Part shown: positions 12,589-25,069 of the stretch, one piece after another
How the letters are laid out: each line of letters opens with the position of its first letter
Position numbering within the stretch: the stretch's first letter is position 1
From: the human T2T-CHM13v2.0 reference genome, Homo sapiens
Reading direction: 5' to 3' (one strand)
Length of the DNA stretch: 64,000 nt
NCBI RefSeq assembly: GCF_009914755.1
Contig: NC_060947.1
The notes under the pieces: model-generated
Told to the model about the DNA's origin: nothing
The model's input: the letters and a program-made list of their open reading frames with translations, nothing else
The model's database searches: none
Made by a program: the position numbers and the translations under genes

Positions 12589-14020
12589 CATGCATACCTC
12601 ACAGATATTTCAGGCTAGGTTCCATACCACTGCAATACAACAAACATCATAAGAAAGTGAGTGACATAAATTTTTAGTTTCACAGTGCATATAAAAGTAA
12701 CTTTTATGCTATATTGTAGTCTACTTAGTATGCAGTAGATTATGGCTAAAGAAACAATGTGCACATCTTAATTAAAACATACTTTATTGCTAAAGAGTAC
12801 TAACAATCATCTGAGCCTTCAGCAGCCAGTGGTAATCTTTTTGCTAGTGGAGGGTCTTGCCTTTATGTAGATGGTTGCTGACTGATCAGGATGGTGGTTG
12901 TTGAATGTTGAGGTGGCTGTGACAATTTCTTAAAATACAACAACAATGAAGTTCACTGCATTGATTGAATCTTCCTTTCAAGAAAGATTTCTCTTTTGCA
13001 AGCGATGCTGTTTGACGGCATTTTACCCACATTAAAATTTCTTCTTTTTCCCGAACATTTATTTTAGACTCAGGAGGTACATGTGCAGATTTGTTACCTG
13101 TGTGTATTGTATGATGCTGAGATTCGGGGTAATAATGTTCCCGTCACCCAGGTACTACTGAGAATAGTACCCCAAATTGGAATCAATCCTCTCAAAGCCT
13201 GCTACTGCTTTATTAACTAAATCTGTGTAATATTCTAAATCCTTTGTTGTCATTCCAACAACATTCACAATATTTTAACCAGGAGTAGATATCATTTTAA
13301 GAAACCATTTTCTTTGTTCAATCATAAGCAGCTACTCATCCCTTGAAGTTTTATCATGAGATTGCAGCAAGTCACTAATATCTTCATACTCCACTTCTTT
13401 TCTAGTTCTCTTGCTATTTCCAGCACATCTGTAGTACCTTTCTCCATTGGAGTCTTGAGTTCCTCAAAGTCATTCATGAGGGTTAAAATCAATTTCTTCT
13501 AAATTATTTTGACTTCTTCCCCTCACGAATAATGGATGTTCTTAATGGCATCTAGAATGGTGAATTCTTTCCAGAAAGTGTTCAATTTACTTTTTCCATA
13601 TCTATCAGAGGAATCACTATCTAAGGCAGCTATAGCCTTTAAACATGTATTTCTTGAATAAGACTTGGAAGTCAAAATTACTCCTTGATGCATGGGCTGA
13701 AGAATGGATGTCGTGTTAGCAGTCATGTAAACAACATTAATCTTTGTGTATATCTCCATTAGAGATCTTGGGTGTCCAGTTGGAGTATTGATGAGTGGTC
13801 ATATTTTAAAAGTAATCTTTCTTTTACTGAAAGTACGTTTCAACAGTGGGCTTAAAGTATTCAGTAAACCATGCTGTAAACAGATGTGCTGTCATCCAGG
13901 CTTTGTTATTTCATTTATAGAGCACAAACAGAGTAGGTTTAGCATAATTCTTAAGGGCCCTAGGATTTTGGAAATGGTAAATGAGCATTGGATTAAAGTC
14001 ATCAGCTTCATTAGCCCTAA
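12589..14020 (-). mobile_element. Tigger1 DNA transposon fragment (3' TIR plus decayed transposase)
   Basis: TIR-like ca(t)gcatacctc; ORF 13523-13759 [14 protein letters not shown]...[14 protein letters not shown] matches the pogo/Tigger1 DDE domain. Confidence 0.92.
13042..13172 (-). mobile_element. Very short L1P 3' end inserted in Tigger1
   Basis: atttattttagactcaggaggtacatgtgcagatttgttac...gtcacccaggtact; Tigger1 resumes at aaattggaatcaatcc. Confidence 0.85.
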
Positions 14021-14811
14021 CACATTTACAACATATGCATCAAAACAAATTAACTTACGTAAATGTCCTGTGGTCTGATAAATGCAACATAACTGAAAAT
14101 GGATTGATCATCTCTCGTCTATGTAATAATTACTCCCTGTTGTATTCATAAATGGGTTTATTAATGTCAGATCAATCACTAAGACCACCAGTGCTTATAA
14201 AAACAAGAAGAATTCATTGCTCTCCAGGCAAGTGAGAACTAGGAATGTCACTCAAGGGACAGTTCTCAGGGTCTCACCAGGTTAAATGCAGAAGAGCCAT
14301 GCTCAATACAGAAAGAGGAAAATTTGTCCACATTAAAATTTGGAAGGCTATGATTTGAATGTATAAAGAGAGAATTTTAAAATCTCTTTGGGGATTGGAC
14401 ATTGCACTGGTTCATATTACAAGAGTGTGGGCACAGAGACCATACTTTTAAATTAGCTGTAATAATAATTTTGTCCTTGCAGGGCAGGCTGAAAGCTTAT
14501 GGGCCAGGACTTTGTTTCAATTGGCTGTGTACACCAATACCATACATCTTGTGCCATGCTGGGTACATAGTGCTTGCCAAAAATATTTTTTTGAGTAAAC
14601 AAATGAGCACAAGTTATACATAGTAACAAAACAGCCAGAACTTTGCATCATCCGCAGAAATATTTGCCTTAATAATATAAATAATTATTTCCATTTTCAG
14701 CATAGTGCTGTGCCTTTTCATGTCTTTGCTTCAACTCCAAGAGATTTTCTTTAGTATGGGTTTTTGCATGGTTCTTAACTGATTTTTATCTTCAGTTAAT
14801 ATCCAGTTCTC

Positions 14812-14855
<44 letters not shown>
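14812..14855. repeat. (TA)n(CA)n microsatellite
   Basis: Direct reading. Confidence 0.95.
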
Positions 14856-14858
<3 letters not shown>

Positions 14859-15615
14859 ATACTTATTAGCTTAATAAGTGGTTTTGATACATCAATACTC
14901 TCAATCATATAATTTCTGTGTATGATAAAAAGCGAGGATGCCACCGTCTTTTTAATGACATATTAATTAAATTAATGACGTATCTCTCCTCCTGGAGGAA
15001 CATGGGGGTGCTCAGAGTAGCCCACAGTGTGGTATAAAAGAATAATCAAAACTGAGGGATGATAGTAGGAGAAGTAAAAATCAAAAGCCATGTGATTTTT
15101 CATAGCTTGACAGATTATTTCTTTTCACTGATGAATAATATTCCATTGTCTGGATGTACCAGAGTTTATTTAACTATTTACCTGCTAAAGGACATCTTGA
15201 TCACTCCCAAGTTTTGGTAATTATGAATAAAGGTGCAATAAGCATCCATGTGCAGTTTTTTGGGTGGACATAAGTTTTCAGCTCCTTTGTGTAAATACCA
15301 AGGAGTGTGATGGCTAGATTGTATGGTAAGAGTATGTTTAGTTTTGTAAGAAACTGCCAAACTGTCTTCTAAGGTGGCTGTACCATTTTTCATTTCAGTC
15401 AACAATGAATGAGAGTTCCTGTTTCTCCATATCCTCACCAACATTTGGTGTTTTCAGTGTTTTGGATTTCTGTCATTCTAATGCATATGTAGATTTATCT
15501 CAGTGTTGTTTCAATTTGTAATTCCCTAATGACATGTGAATTTGAACATCTTTTCATATACTTACTTACCATCTGTATATATTCTTCAGTGAGATGTCGG
15601 TTCAGGTCTTTTGGT

Positions 15616-16765
15616 AGTTTTTATTTTTTAATTTATTTTTAATTGTCCCATAATAATTATACATATTTATGGGGTACACAATGACATTATAATACATATA
15701 ATGCATAGTATCAGATAAGAGTGATAGGCATATCCATCATCTCAAATATTTATAATTTCCTTTCCTTGTGTTGGGAACAGTTAATATAGTCTTTCTAGCC
15801 ACATAATATACTGAAACCACATAATATATTATTGTTAACTATAGTCATCCTACAATGTTGTAGAAAACTAGAACTCATTTTTCCTATCTAGCTGTCATTT
15901 TGTATCTTTTAACAAGTGTCTCTCTATCTCCCTTTCTCCCTACTCTTCCCAGCTTCTAGTATCCTCTGCTCCACGTTTTATTTTTATGAGACCAACTTTT
16001 TTAAACTTCCACATATGAGTGAGAACACGTGGTGTTTTACTTTCTGTTCATGGCTTATTTCACTTAACATAATGTCCTTCAGTCCCCTCCACGTTGCAAG
16101 GAATGACAGGATTTTATTCTTTTTATGGCCAAATAGTATTCCATTGTGTATATATACACCATATTCTTTAAATCCATCCATCTGTTGTTGGGCATCTATG
16201 TTCATTTCATATATTTGTTGTTGTGAATACTGCTGCAATAAACATGAAATTGCATATGTTTCTTCAATATATTGATTTCTTTTCCTTTGGATAAATGCCC
16301 AGTAGTGGTATTGCTAGATTATATGGTTGTTCTATCTGTAGTTTTTTTGAGAAGCCTCTATACCATTCTCCACAGTGGTTGTACTAATTTACATTCCCAT
16401 TAACAATGTGTAAGAGTTTTCCTTTCTCCACATCCTTGCAAATATTTGTTATTTTTTATCTTTTTCATAACAGCCATCCTAACTGGGGTAAGATGATACA
16501 TCATTGTGGTTTTGATTTGCATTTTCCTGATGATTAGTGATGTTTAACATTTTTTTCATATATTTTTTGGCTATTTGTAAGTCTTTCTTTGAGAAATGTC
16601 TGTTCAGACATTTTGCCCGTTTTAAAAATCAGACTGTTATTTTGCTGTTGAGATGAAGTTCCTTGTATATTCTGAGTAATAATCCCTTGTCACTTTAATA
16701 GTTTGCAAATATTTTCTTCCCTTCTTCAGGTTGTCTTCTCTCTGTTGATTGTTTTTGTTGCTGTG
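15616..16765 (-). mobile_element. L1MA 3' fragment
   Basis: T-rich tail followed by acatatttatggggtaca...cacatatgagtgagaacac...gtttgcaaatattttc. Confidence 0.88.
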
Positions 16766-17120
16766 TGATATGGTTTGGCTGTGTTCCCACCCAAATCTCA
16801 ACTTGAATTGTATCTCCGAGAATTCTCACGTGTTGTGGGAGGGATCCAGGGGAAGGGAATTGAATCATGGGGTCCAGTCTTTCCCATGCTATTGTCATCA
16901 CAGTGAATAAATCTCACGAGATCTGATGGGTTTATCACGAGTTTCTGCTTTTGCTGCTTCTTCATTTTCCTCCTGCTGTCACCATATAAGAAGTGCCTTT
17001 CGCCTCTCGCCATGATTCTGAGGCCTCCCCAGCCATGTGGAACTGTAAGTCCAATTAAACCTCTTTTTCTTCCCAGTCTTGGGTATGTGTTTATCAGCAG
17101 CATGAAAATGGACCAATACA
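16766..17120 (+). mobile_element. THE1 (THE1A-like) solo LTR
   Basis: tgatatggtttggctgtg...ggaccaataca; perfect 5 bp TSD ctgtg. Confidence 0.95.
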
Positions 17121-18260
17121 CTGTGTGTTTTTAAATCTGGTTATTTGTTCGCTTATTCTGAAAGTTAATAATTTCTTGTATATTTTTGATGAGGCCTTTA
17201 TCTGATATGTCCTTTGCAAATATTTTTTTTTCAATCTGTGCTTGTCTTTCCATTGTCTTGACAATGTCTTTTGCACAAAAAAGTTTCTAATATTAATGGA
17301 TTCTAGATTATCAATTATTTTATTTATTAATCATGGCTTTGGTGTTGTATCTAAAAAAGTATTGCCAAACCTAAGGTCATTTAGATTTTTCTTCTATGCT
17401 ATCTTCTTGGTGTTCAATTGTTTTACATTTTATTTTTAGGTCTGTGATCCACTTTGAGTTAATTTTTGTGAAGTATCTATGGCCTGTCTTTAGATTCATT
17501 TTTTTGCAAACAAATTTCCATTTGTTCCAACACACTTGTTGAAAAGAGAAACATTTCCCCATTGTATTGACTTTGATCCTTTTTCAAAGATGAGTTGACT
17601 ATAACTATATGTGTCTATTTCTGGGTCCTCTATTCTGTTCCACTAATCTTTTGCCTATTCTTTTGCTCATTAATTACAGCATATTGACTACTGTAGCTTT
17701 GAACATGCATATTTAAGTTAAATTATTTATTAAATATCACATATTCCAAATATAAGAAATACAGATATAAGAAATCATTTTCTTATATGCTGTTATCATT
17801 GTTTCAAAAAACTCATACACAATATAGACATGAAAAATTGAGTTTTAATAGCAACACTAGTATTTGAAATAGTACTGCCACTGAAATCATTTTTCTATTT
17901 TACTATAAATTACTACTGCACTTTAAAAGCGATATTTGCAACTCAAGTTAATTTTAAAACATGCACATAACTCAGAAATGATGTATGACATATTCAGAAA
18001 ATAGATTTATAGTCAGCATTCGGAAAGACAGGAAAACATAGAAGCCCTATTATAATTAAACATTAATTCATCAGAAATATTTCAAAAACTAAAATAGCAA
18101 TTATGAAAATATTTTTAAGTATATTTAAGACCAAGACATATTTAAAAAAAAAATCTTCAACACCAAAGAAGCACTTTTGATAGCAGAAGACATCCCTGTT
18201 CCTATGAGTGCAGCATTCCCATAGGTTAAATTGCACCAACAAATTGGCTTGCAATTGGTT

Positions 18261-18480
18261 ATTTTTTAAAATTTAAACTTTTATTTCAGATTTGCGGGGG
18301 CACATATGCAGGGCTTTTACCTGTGTATATTGTGTGATGATGAGGTTTGGGGTACAATTGATCCTGTCCCCCAGGTACTGAGTATAGTATCCAAAAGTTT
18401 TTTGTCCCTTGCCCCTTTCTCTCCCTTCCCCCTCTAGTAGTCCACAGTTTCTATTGTTGCCATCTTTATGTCTATGAGTG
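18261..18480 (-). mobile_element. Short L1P 3' end
   Basis: aactttt...gggcacatatgcag...gccatctttatgtctatgagt. Confidence 0.85.
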
Positions 18481-20089
18481 GGTAATTTTTGTTATTAGCA
18501 TTGATTTTACTTGTACATTCTTTGGTGGCATGGTAAATTGAGGTAATCTGTTGTTATTAAACAACCGGTACATATCCACTGTTTAGAAACAAAGAGAAGG
18601 AGAAACTGCATATGAAGTATCCAGGAAATGAGAGAATACTAAGAAACAATTTAGCATAAGTGACAACTCTTCTTCTCCACGTAGGGTGCAGAAAAGGTAC
18701 AAAATTGAGAGTGCACTTAAAATGACAAAAAAACATGAATAAGAAATTCAGGAAAGCATTTGTCTTTATGAATTAAGAACAATTCACCAAAAAATCTCTC
18801 AGTTAGAGGTCTGCCGTGTAGGTGAACTAAGCATGCATCAATTTTGAAGGGAAGCTATTTAGTTCGTACGAAATTGTTGTCTACAGTGAACAGTAACTAA
18901 TAGAAATGGTACCTTGCAAGATAAACTTACACATGAGAATTTAAATGTGAACATAAAGCCTACTGATAAAATATGATGAGTTTCTGCTTTTTAGATTAAG
19001 CAAGTCTATAATTAATATAACCATTCAAATATACTGGTAGTGGTATAACTTCATTAATGACACACGTAATTGATATTCAATTCAGAACAATTTTTACAGT
19101 TTTTAAGCAATTCTTAATTTCTTCTGCCATATATGGATAGGAAGGCAATATTGAATTAGGCAGTCTAGCATTTTCTGCATGTTTGTGATCACATTTAAGT
19201 TCCATTGCTCTCACAAAATTTCCTGAAGCTGCCTATGTTTATCTAGGCCTTCTTTTTTATATTAAGATTTATACCATGTACATTCAGAAAACCCATTCAG
19301 GAGAAGTCCAAGCCAGGTAAATATTGTAGTGTGTCAAGATTTGATGTGTAATGTGATCTTTTTCAATGAATATTGATTAAGTGCAGAAATTCCTTGCATA
19401 TCTGGCCTTTCCACCTTATGTTTCAGTAATTCTAATTGCAAAAGAAAAGTGATAACTCAAATGAGGATAGAATAAATAATTTGTAAAGGGCTCATCGATG
19501 TGAATAGCTTGTTGGGTTTTTTTTTTGCTTACACCTTCACGTTGCTGCCTTGAGTTGAAAAACAAGTCAAAACTGAATGACAAATTGTCTAGTATATCTT
19601 TCTAAGAAGATTGTTGTGAGAATTAATTGAGATAATATATATAAAGTGTCAAGTACATAATAATTAAGACACTAGTTATCATTATGATATATACATTAAC
19701 AAGAATGATTGATGTTTATTTTTAGCCTTCTAAATTTCTGATAACCAAGGTATAAATATATATATGTAATGTTTTAAATGATTTCCAGTACACAATTAAA
19801 TTATTTGAGACTGATATCTGTCTCAAAAAAATTAAGCAGTTCAAATAAAGCATGTTCGTAACGTATAAATATTTTTACTTTTAATTCCACAGCAACAAGT
19901 AAAATTTTACTTATACACATCTTAGGATATATTTAATGCTTGCCTTCAAAATATCCATTCCTTCTTTCTTCAGCAATAATTCACAATGTTTATTTGAAGA
20001 CTCACCTCTGCAGAGTTCTCATTTTAAATTTTTTATTCTATCTTTCTTTCAAGAATCAAACGTGTCCTGCATTCCTTTGAGCAAAGTCT

Positions 20090-20935
20090 TTTTACTGACA
20101 TATAATAGTTGTACATACTTTGGGGGTATATGTGATATTTTGATACTTGTATACTATGTGTAATGATAAAATTGGGGTAATTGAGAGATCCATCACCTCA
20201 AATATTTATCTTTTCTTTCTGTTAGAACATTATAATTCTTCTCTTTTAACTACTTTGAGATATACAATAAATTCTTATTAACTATATATTTTTACTATAC
20301 TATCAAATACTCGAACTTATTTCTTCAATATGGCTGTATTTTGTACCCCTTAACAAACTTCTCTTTATCCCCCCTTTCCTTCCCAGCCTCTAGTAACCAT
20401 CATTCTTCTCTCTATCTTCAAAAGATTCACTGTTTCAGCTCCCACATATGAGTGAGAAGATGCAATATTTGTGGTTTTGTGCCTGGCTTATTTCACTTAA
20501 CATAATGACCTTCAGTTCCGGCCATGTCACTGCAAATGACAGGATTTCCATCTTTTTATAGCTAAATAATATTCCAATGTGTATGTATACCACATTTTCT
20601 TTATCCATTCATCCTTTAATGGACACTAAGGTTGATTCCACATCTTGGCTGTTGCAAACAGTACTGCAATAAGCAAGGGAACACAGATATCTCTTTGATA
20701 TACTGATTTCCTTTCTTCTGGATATAGACCCAGCAATCAAAATCACCATGAGTAATCATCTCACTCTGGTTAGAATGGCTACTATTAAAAAGACAAAAAA
20801 TAACAAATTCTGGCAAAGATGCAGAGAAAGGGGTATATTCATACAATGTTGGTGGGAGTGTAAATTAGTGCAGCCATTATGGAAAACAGTATGGAAGCTC
20901 CACAAAAACTAAAAATAGAACTACCATATGATCCA
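20090..20935 (-). mobile_element. L1MA 3' fragment with a 5' inversion (minus 20090-20734, plus 20735-20935)
   Basis: Strand switch at ~20735; TSD-like caaagt(c/t)(t/a)tttt at both ends. Confidence 0.85.
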
Positions 20936-21027
20936 AAGTTATTTTTTAAGCAGTGGGCATATGACTAAAGAAAAACCAAATGGGGATTTTTGTAAGAGAC
21001 CCAAGAAAAATAAAATATGTTCTTTTT

Positions 21028-21580
21028 ATGTATCAATCTTTAAAAACAAATTTATACTCTGTGATTTTTTGACATCTTAAAAAGCTTGCTGGCCAGGGAG
21101 AGACTGCCCTTCTCAGAGCTAGCACTTTCTTAGTGTTAGCAAAAGGCTTGGGCCTATAGCAGGTCTGTCATATACAAACCAATCAATCCCAGTCTATAGG
21201 TCCAACCACCTCATTTTTTCTCACATACCAAGCCCATATTTCTCCTGCCTTAAATCACAAAAGGGTCAGGTACCAGAAAAACAGCCACATCTCTAGCTCA
21301 AAGCCCAATAAAATTATTCAAACTAGCCGATCTTAGCTTGATTATTCCTCCTTGCCTTGCTTTTCTCATGGAAATTCCAATAAAGACTCTGGCTTTGACC
21401 TTCCTCTCTTGACTTCTACCACCAGACCAAAACCTGGTGCTTCCCCTGGGGTCCTGTGTGGTGCAGTGACTCCTCTCTGCAACCAGTGTTAATAAACTGC
21501 CTTCCAAGCCTTGTTCTAATATCATCCTGTGGCCATGTTGGCTTTACCATACCGTATCCAACATTTAAATTCTTAAAACA
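21028..21580 (+). mobile_element. MER74-like ERVL LTR
   Basis: gagactgcccttctcagagctagc, ccaataaagactct, aataaactgcc motifs. Confidence 0.6.
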
Positions 21581-21609
21581 CTTTACTGATCTACTTGAAT
21601 TTACGAAAA

Positions 21610-22080
21610 AGACGGAACCAGTAGAGTCAAATGCCCCATGAAGGAAGGTACTAGAGCTGTGGGACCACCACAAGCAACCTTGAAATGAAGTCTACACAGA
21701 TCAAGAGATGAAAAGAAACTCAGTCCGGACAACTTTTTTGAATTCTAAATCCAACCATGGTTGAAGCTGTTTCTTAAAACTTACAGTAATGTGAGCTAAA
21801 TATACACTTTGTTGTTTAATCCAGTCTGATTTGGGTCTGTTGACAATTGCAACAGAAACAATCCTGATTCCAAAATTAGTACCAAAACAAGGAGAGCTGA
21901 ATGTGATAAATCCTAAATTATGCAATTTGCTGAGAAGAATTGAGGTGGAAGCCATAAGGAACAGTTATTTTGGGACTTGGTAATTTTTATTAAATAGTAA
22001 CCAGTCAGTAAGTTAAAATGTTACCTATTTTATTTGAGACTAAAGCCATGCCATTGCAACTGCATCATCTGAGGCTTGGA
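21610..22080 (+). mobile_element. Old MLT1 LTR 3' part plus MaLR internal stub
   Basis: atgtgagctaaata...ttgtttaatccagtc...ttgcaacagaaacaatcctga, then aaattagtacc. Confidence 0.55.
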
Positions 22081-24869
22081 AGTAAAAATTCAGGAAGGAC
22101 CTTAGAAAATGTTGTGTTGCCTAATATTTTATCTGTCTCGCCAGGGATATATAATAAAGATTCAAGCTATGACATCTGGGCACATAACCATCAATGTTAA
22201 ACTTTAGTTGCCACTTGTTTGAGACTAAGCCTGTCAGATGAATTATCCTGGATGTCTTGACAGATATTATGTGACTAGATTGTAGATGAACAAAACAAAC
22301 TCATTATCTGTTTATTATTTCCAGTCTTTATTAACGGTATCAACACTTTCCAACTCACCTAGGTCAAAATATAGAGACAGGTTTGACTGCACTCTTTTCA
22401 TTAGTCTGCATGTCTACTTGGTATCTCTTTTATCAATACTGTGTCTTCACTCCCAAGACTTCCCGCTGGTTGATGTCTCATTACCTATTGCTTCTAATGA
22501 TCTATGAGATTAATTCTCTATCTTTATTTAATATCTCTTTCTTACATTGATTATATTCTTACATCAGAGGGAAAATTGGAGGAAAATGATCAGGTGAAAG
22601 AGAAGGATCATGAGCAAAAGTACAGAAATGAAAATAAATGACTATTGTAATTTTGTTAAGGAATTGGAGGAACCTTGTCCAGGGACAGCACAGACTTATC
22701 ATAACAGAGGAGAAGTGGTAAGTAATGCTGAATGAAAAGCATAAAGTCATGTTTTAGAAGGCTCTGAAAAGTGGCAGAGGAATTCTGACTAGATATGGTA
22801 ATAATTGGTTATGCTTGTAAAATGACATAGTTTACAAAGCACAATAGATGTTTTAATTTAAATTTTGATTTGTGACAGGCAATCTGTACTACAGATGAGA
22901 AAATGAAACCAGAATGGTTTGGAGTCTTCAAAAAAATACATATCTAATGGAAGGGCACCTGACTTCGTGCTCAGTGTTCTTTCTTCATTTATTCTACATT
23001 ACCTTCTGCATTTTTATGCAAAAGATCAAAATGACTGATATTTTATTTAACAAGTGTGCTCTGCCTGCATTAGAAATAACCCTTTGGAAATAAGTGGTTT
23101 ACGATGTAGAGGACAAAGCTGTTTTCTATGTCTGAAGTGAAATAGAGGTTATCAGGTTAGGGGAGTGAGCACAAGGATGTTAGAATTTGCATGAATAAGG
23201 CTTTGGGGGTATCATTTAGAAACAAGAAACAGTTTCCTGTAATAATGTTAACAAATAAACCAATGATGATAACAAAGAAACATTCCTCTGCATATCACAG
23301 TTAGAATGTATGAGTAAACTTCCTCTCTAGCACAGTGATAAACATCAAAAGGATACACACCTACACTGTTAAGAAACCAGATATCAGCAGCTAGAAGAAA
23401 GCATTACAGGGAAGTCATACAGTCAAATTTCATATGGATTCAGTATAGCATTGATATAAAAATAAATAAAAATATTTCTGGAAAAGTTTATGAGACTTTT
23501 GCTGGGGTAAAATGTGTTTTGCTATTTTGGAAAAGAAAAATGAATATTTCACCAAAACACTAAATCATATTTGTATAACGAGCAGATAGAATATGAAGGG
23601 AGAGGATAGAAAAGGAGTGGGGTGCACTGGGGATCACTGATGAGCAACTTTTTCACACCAACAACATTGCTACCACTGGCAATAAACTCAATGCATCAGG
23701 GAACCGAAATGCCAGCCCAATATTGGTAATCTTTGTCAGAGAGTAATAAAATGGATTAAATAAATAAAACTAAACAAGGTAAAGAGATGCTATCTTAATG
23801 CCTCTAGAATCAATGAGTGGACTTGTTTACTTGCTTGGTAATGTTTTTGTTTTTTACATTTTTGCTTCATAGTTGTTTAAATTTGTTTTTCAAATGAAAA
23901 TAGATATGTAAAAAATAAAATCATAAGTATTAAAATGATTACAGGAAATAGGGAATTCAAAGTCACTATTACAAGCCGATTTTTAAAAAAGAATATAGTA
24001 GGTGTTCACAGTGCTTTTATATTCAATTCAATAATTTTATTTTCTACTTGCTTATTTTTAAAAATGGGAATTATAAAAACTATCAGTAGTTAAAAGGTTA
24101 TGAGGATATTATCAAAAGTAACAGCAACAATAAAGTCACCTCTGATACACTGCAACAAACAGAAGAAACACAGTGGAAAAACTACCTGGCAATTTTTGAG
24201 ATTCTGCTTTTTAAAGTTTACATAAAGTTAAATTGACATAAAATTATATGGATTAATTGCATTTCAATTGCTAGGCACAAAGCTATTATGCATTTAAAGC
24301 ATACTGCATAATCAATTTTACTGAAAATGAATCCAATTTATCAATAGCTTTTCTTTGTTGATTATTTTGACTGATAAAGAGTAAAAGCAGCCATCATATA
24401 TAGTAGTGTGAAGAAAGACCATTTCTAACATTTGATACACACACATCAAAAGGTATCAATAACTGTAATCTCTGAATGGATCAATTTATATAGTTTCTCT
24501 TTGGCTCCTAAAGTGTGAGCTAAGATAACCAGTTGCATTATTCTTTTATCCTATATACCAGACATTAGCAATTTTAAAAGGCAGACTCTAAAAATAGTGA
24601 TTCATTGATCTCTAATGTCTCATTTCAATAGTCTGAAGATAAGCACTACTGAGCTACTAACATTTTTGTGATTTTGAAGAATAATTCCTGATCTTCGCTT
24701 CAGAAATCAATATCTGCATATAATGATAAACTGATATAATTGCTAACCTAATATAAATATTTTTTGATGAACTACATTTTTTGGGAAGACATTCACAAAT
24801 AGTTACTGACATGAAACTATTAGGACCTTATATCTGAATAGTATAGTTTTGGGGAACAATGTGATGTAT

Positions 24870-25060
24870 ACCCATCTTCAATGAAGGACTTACTGCCTGA
24901 GCTGCTGAGAGTGCTGTGGACATAATCTTTTTGACCGTCATTCCCTTCAGGGATTGCCTCAACTGCAGAGTCATCTCCACCAAGGTCCCATTCCTTTCCA
25001 GATTGGTCTACATGAGGTATCAAGTCAATATAGATATATAAATTCCTGGCCAGATCAGCC
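24870..25060 (+). mobile_element. LTR16-like fragment
   Basis: aatgaaggacttactgcc...cccttcagggattgcctcaactgcagag; a similar piece lies at 43660-43795. Confidence 0.5.
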
Positions 25061-25069
25061 TTCCTGTAT

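Larger units (their letters stand above)
15115..17700 (-). mobile_element. Old L1M (L1MB-like; 15115-15615 and 17130-17700) hosting a nested L1MA and a THE1
   Basis: Antisense L1 3'/ORF2 motifs; ORF 15178-15444 resembles the L1 ORF2 C-terminus. Confidence 0.8.

Noticed and set aside
19200-19325. Possible exon ending at CAG|GTAAAT
   Set aside because: Isolated donor-like motif with no convincing acceptor or frame.
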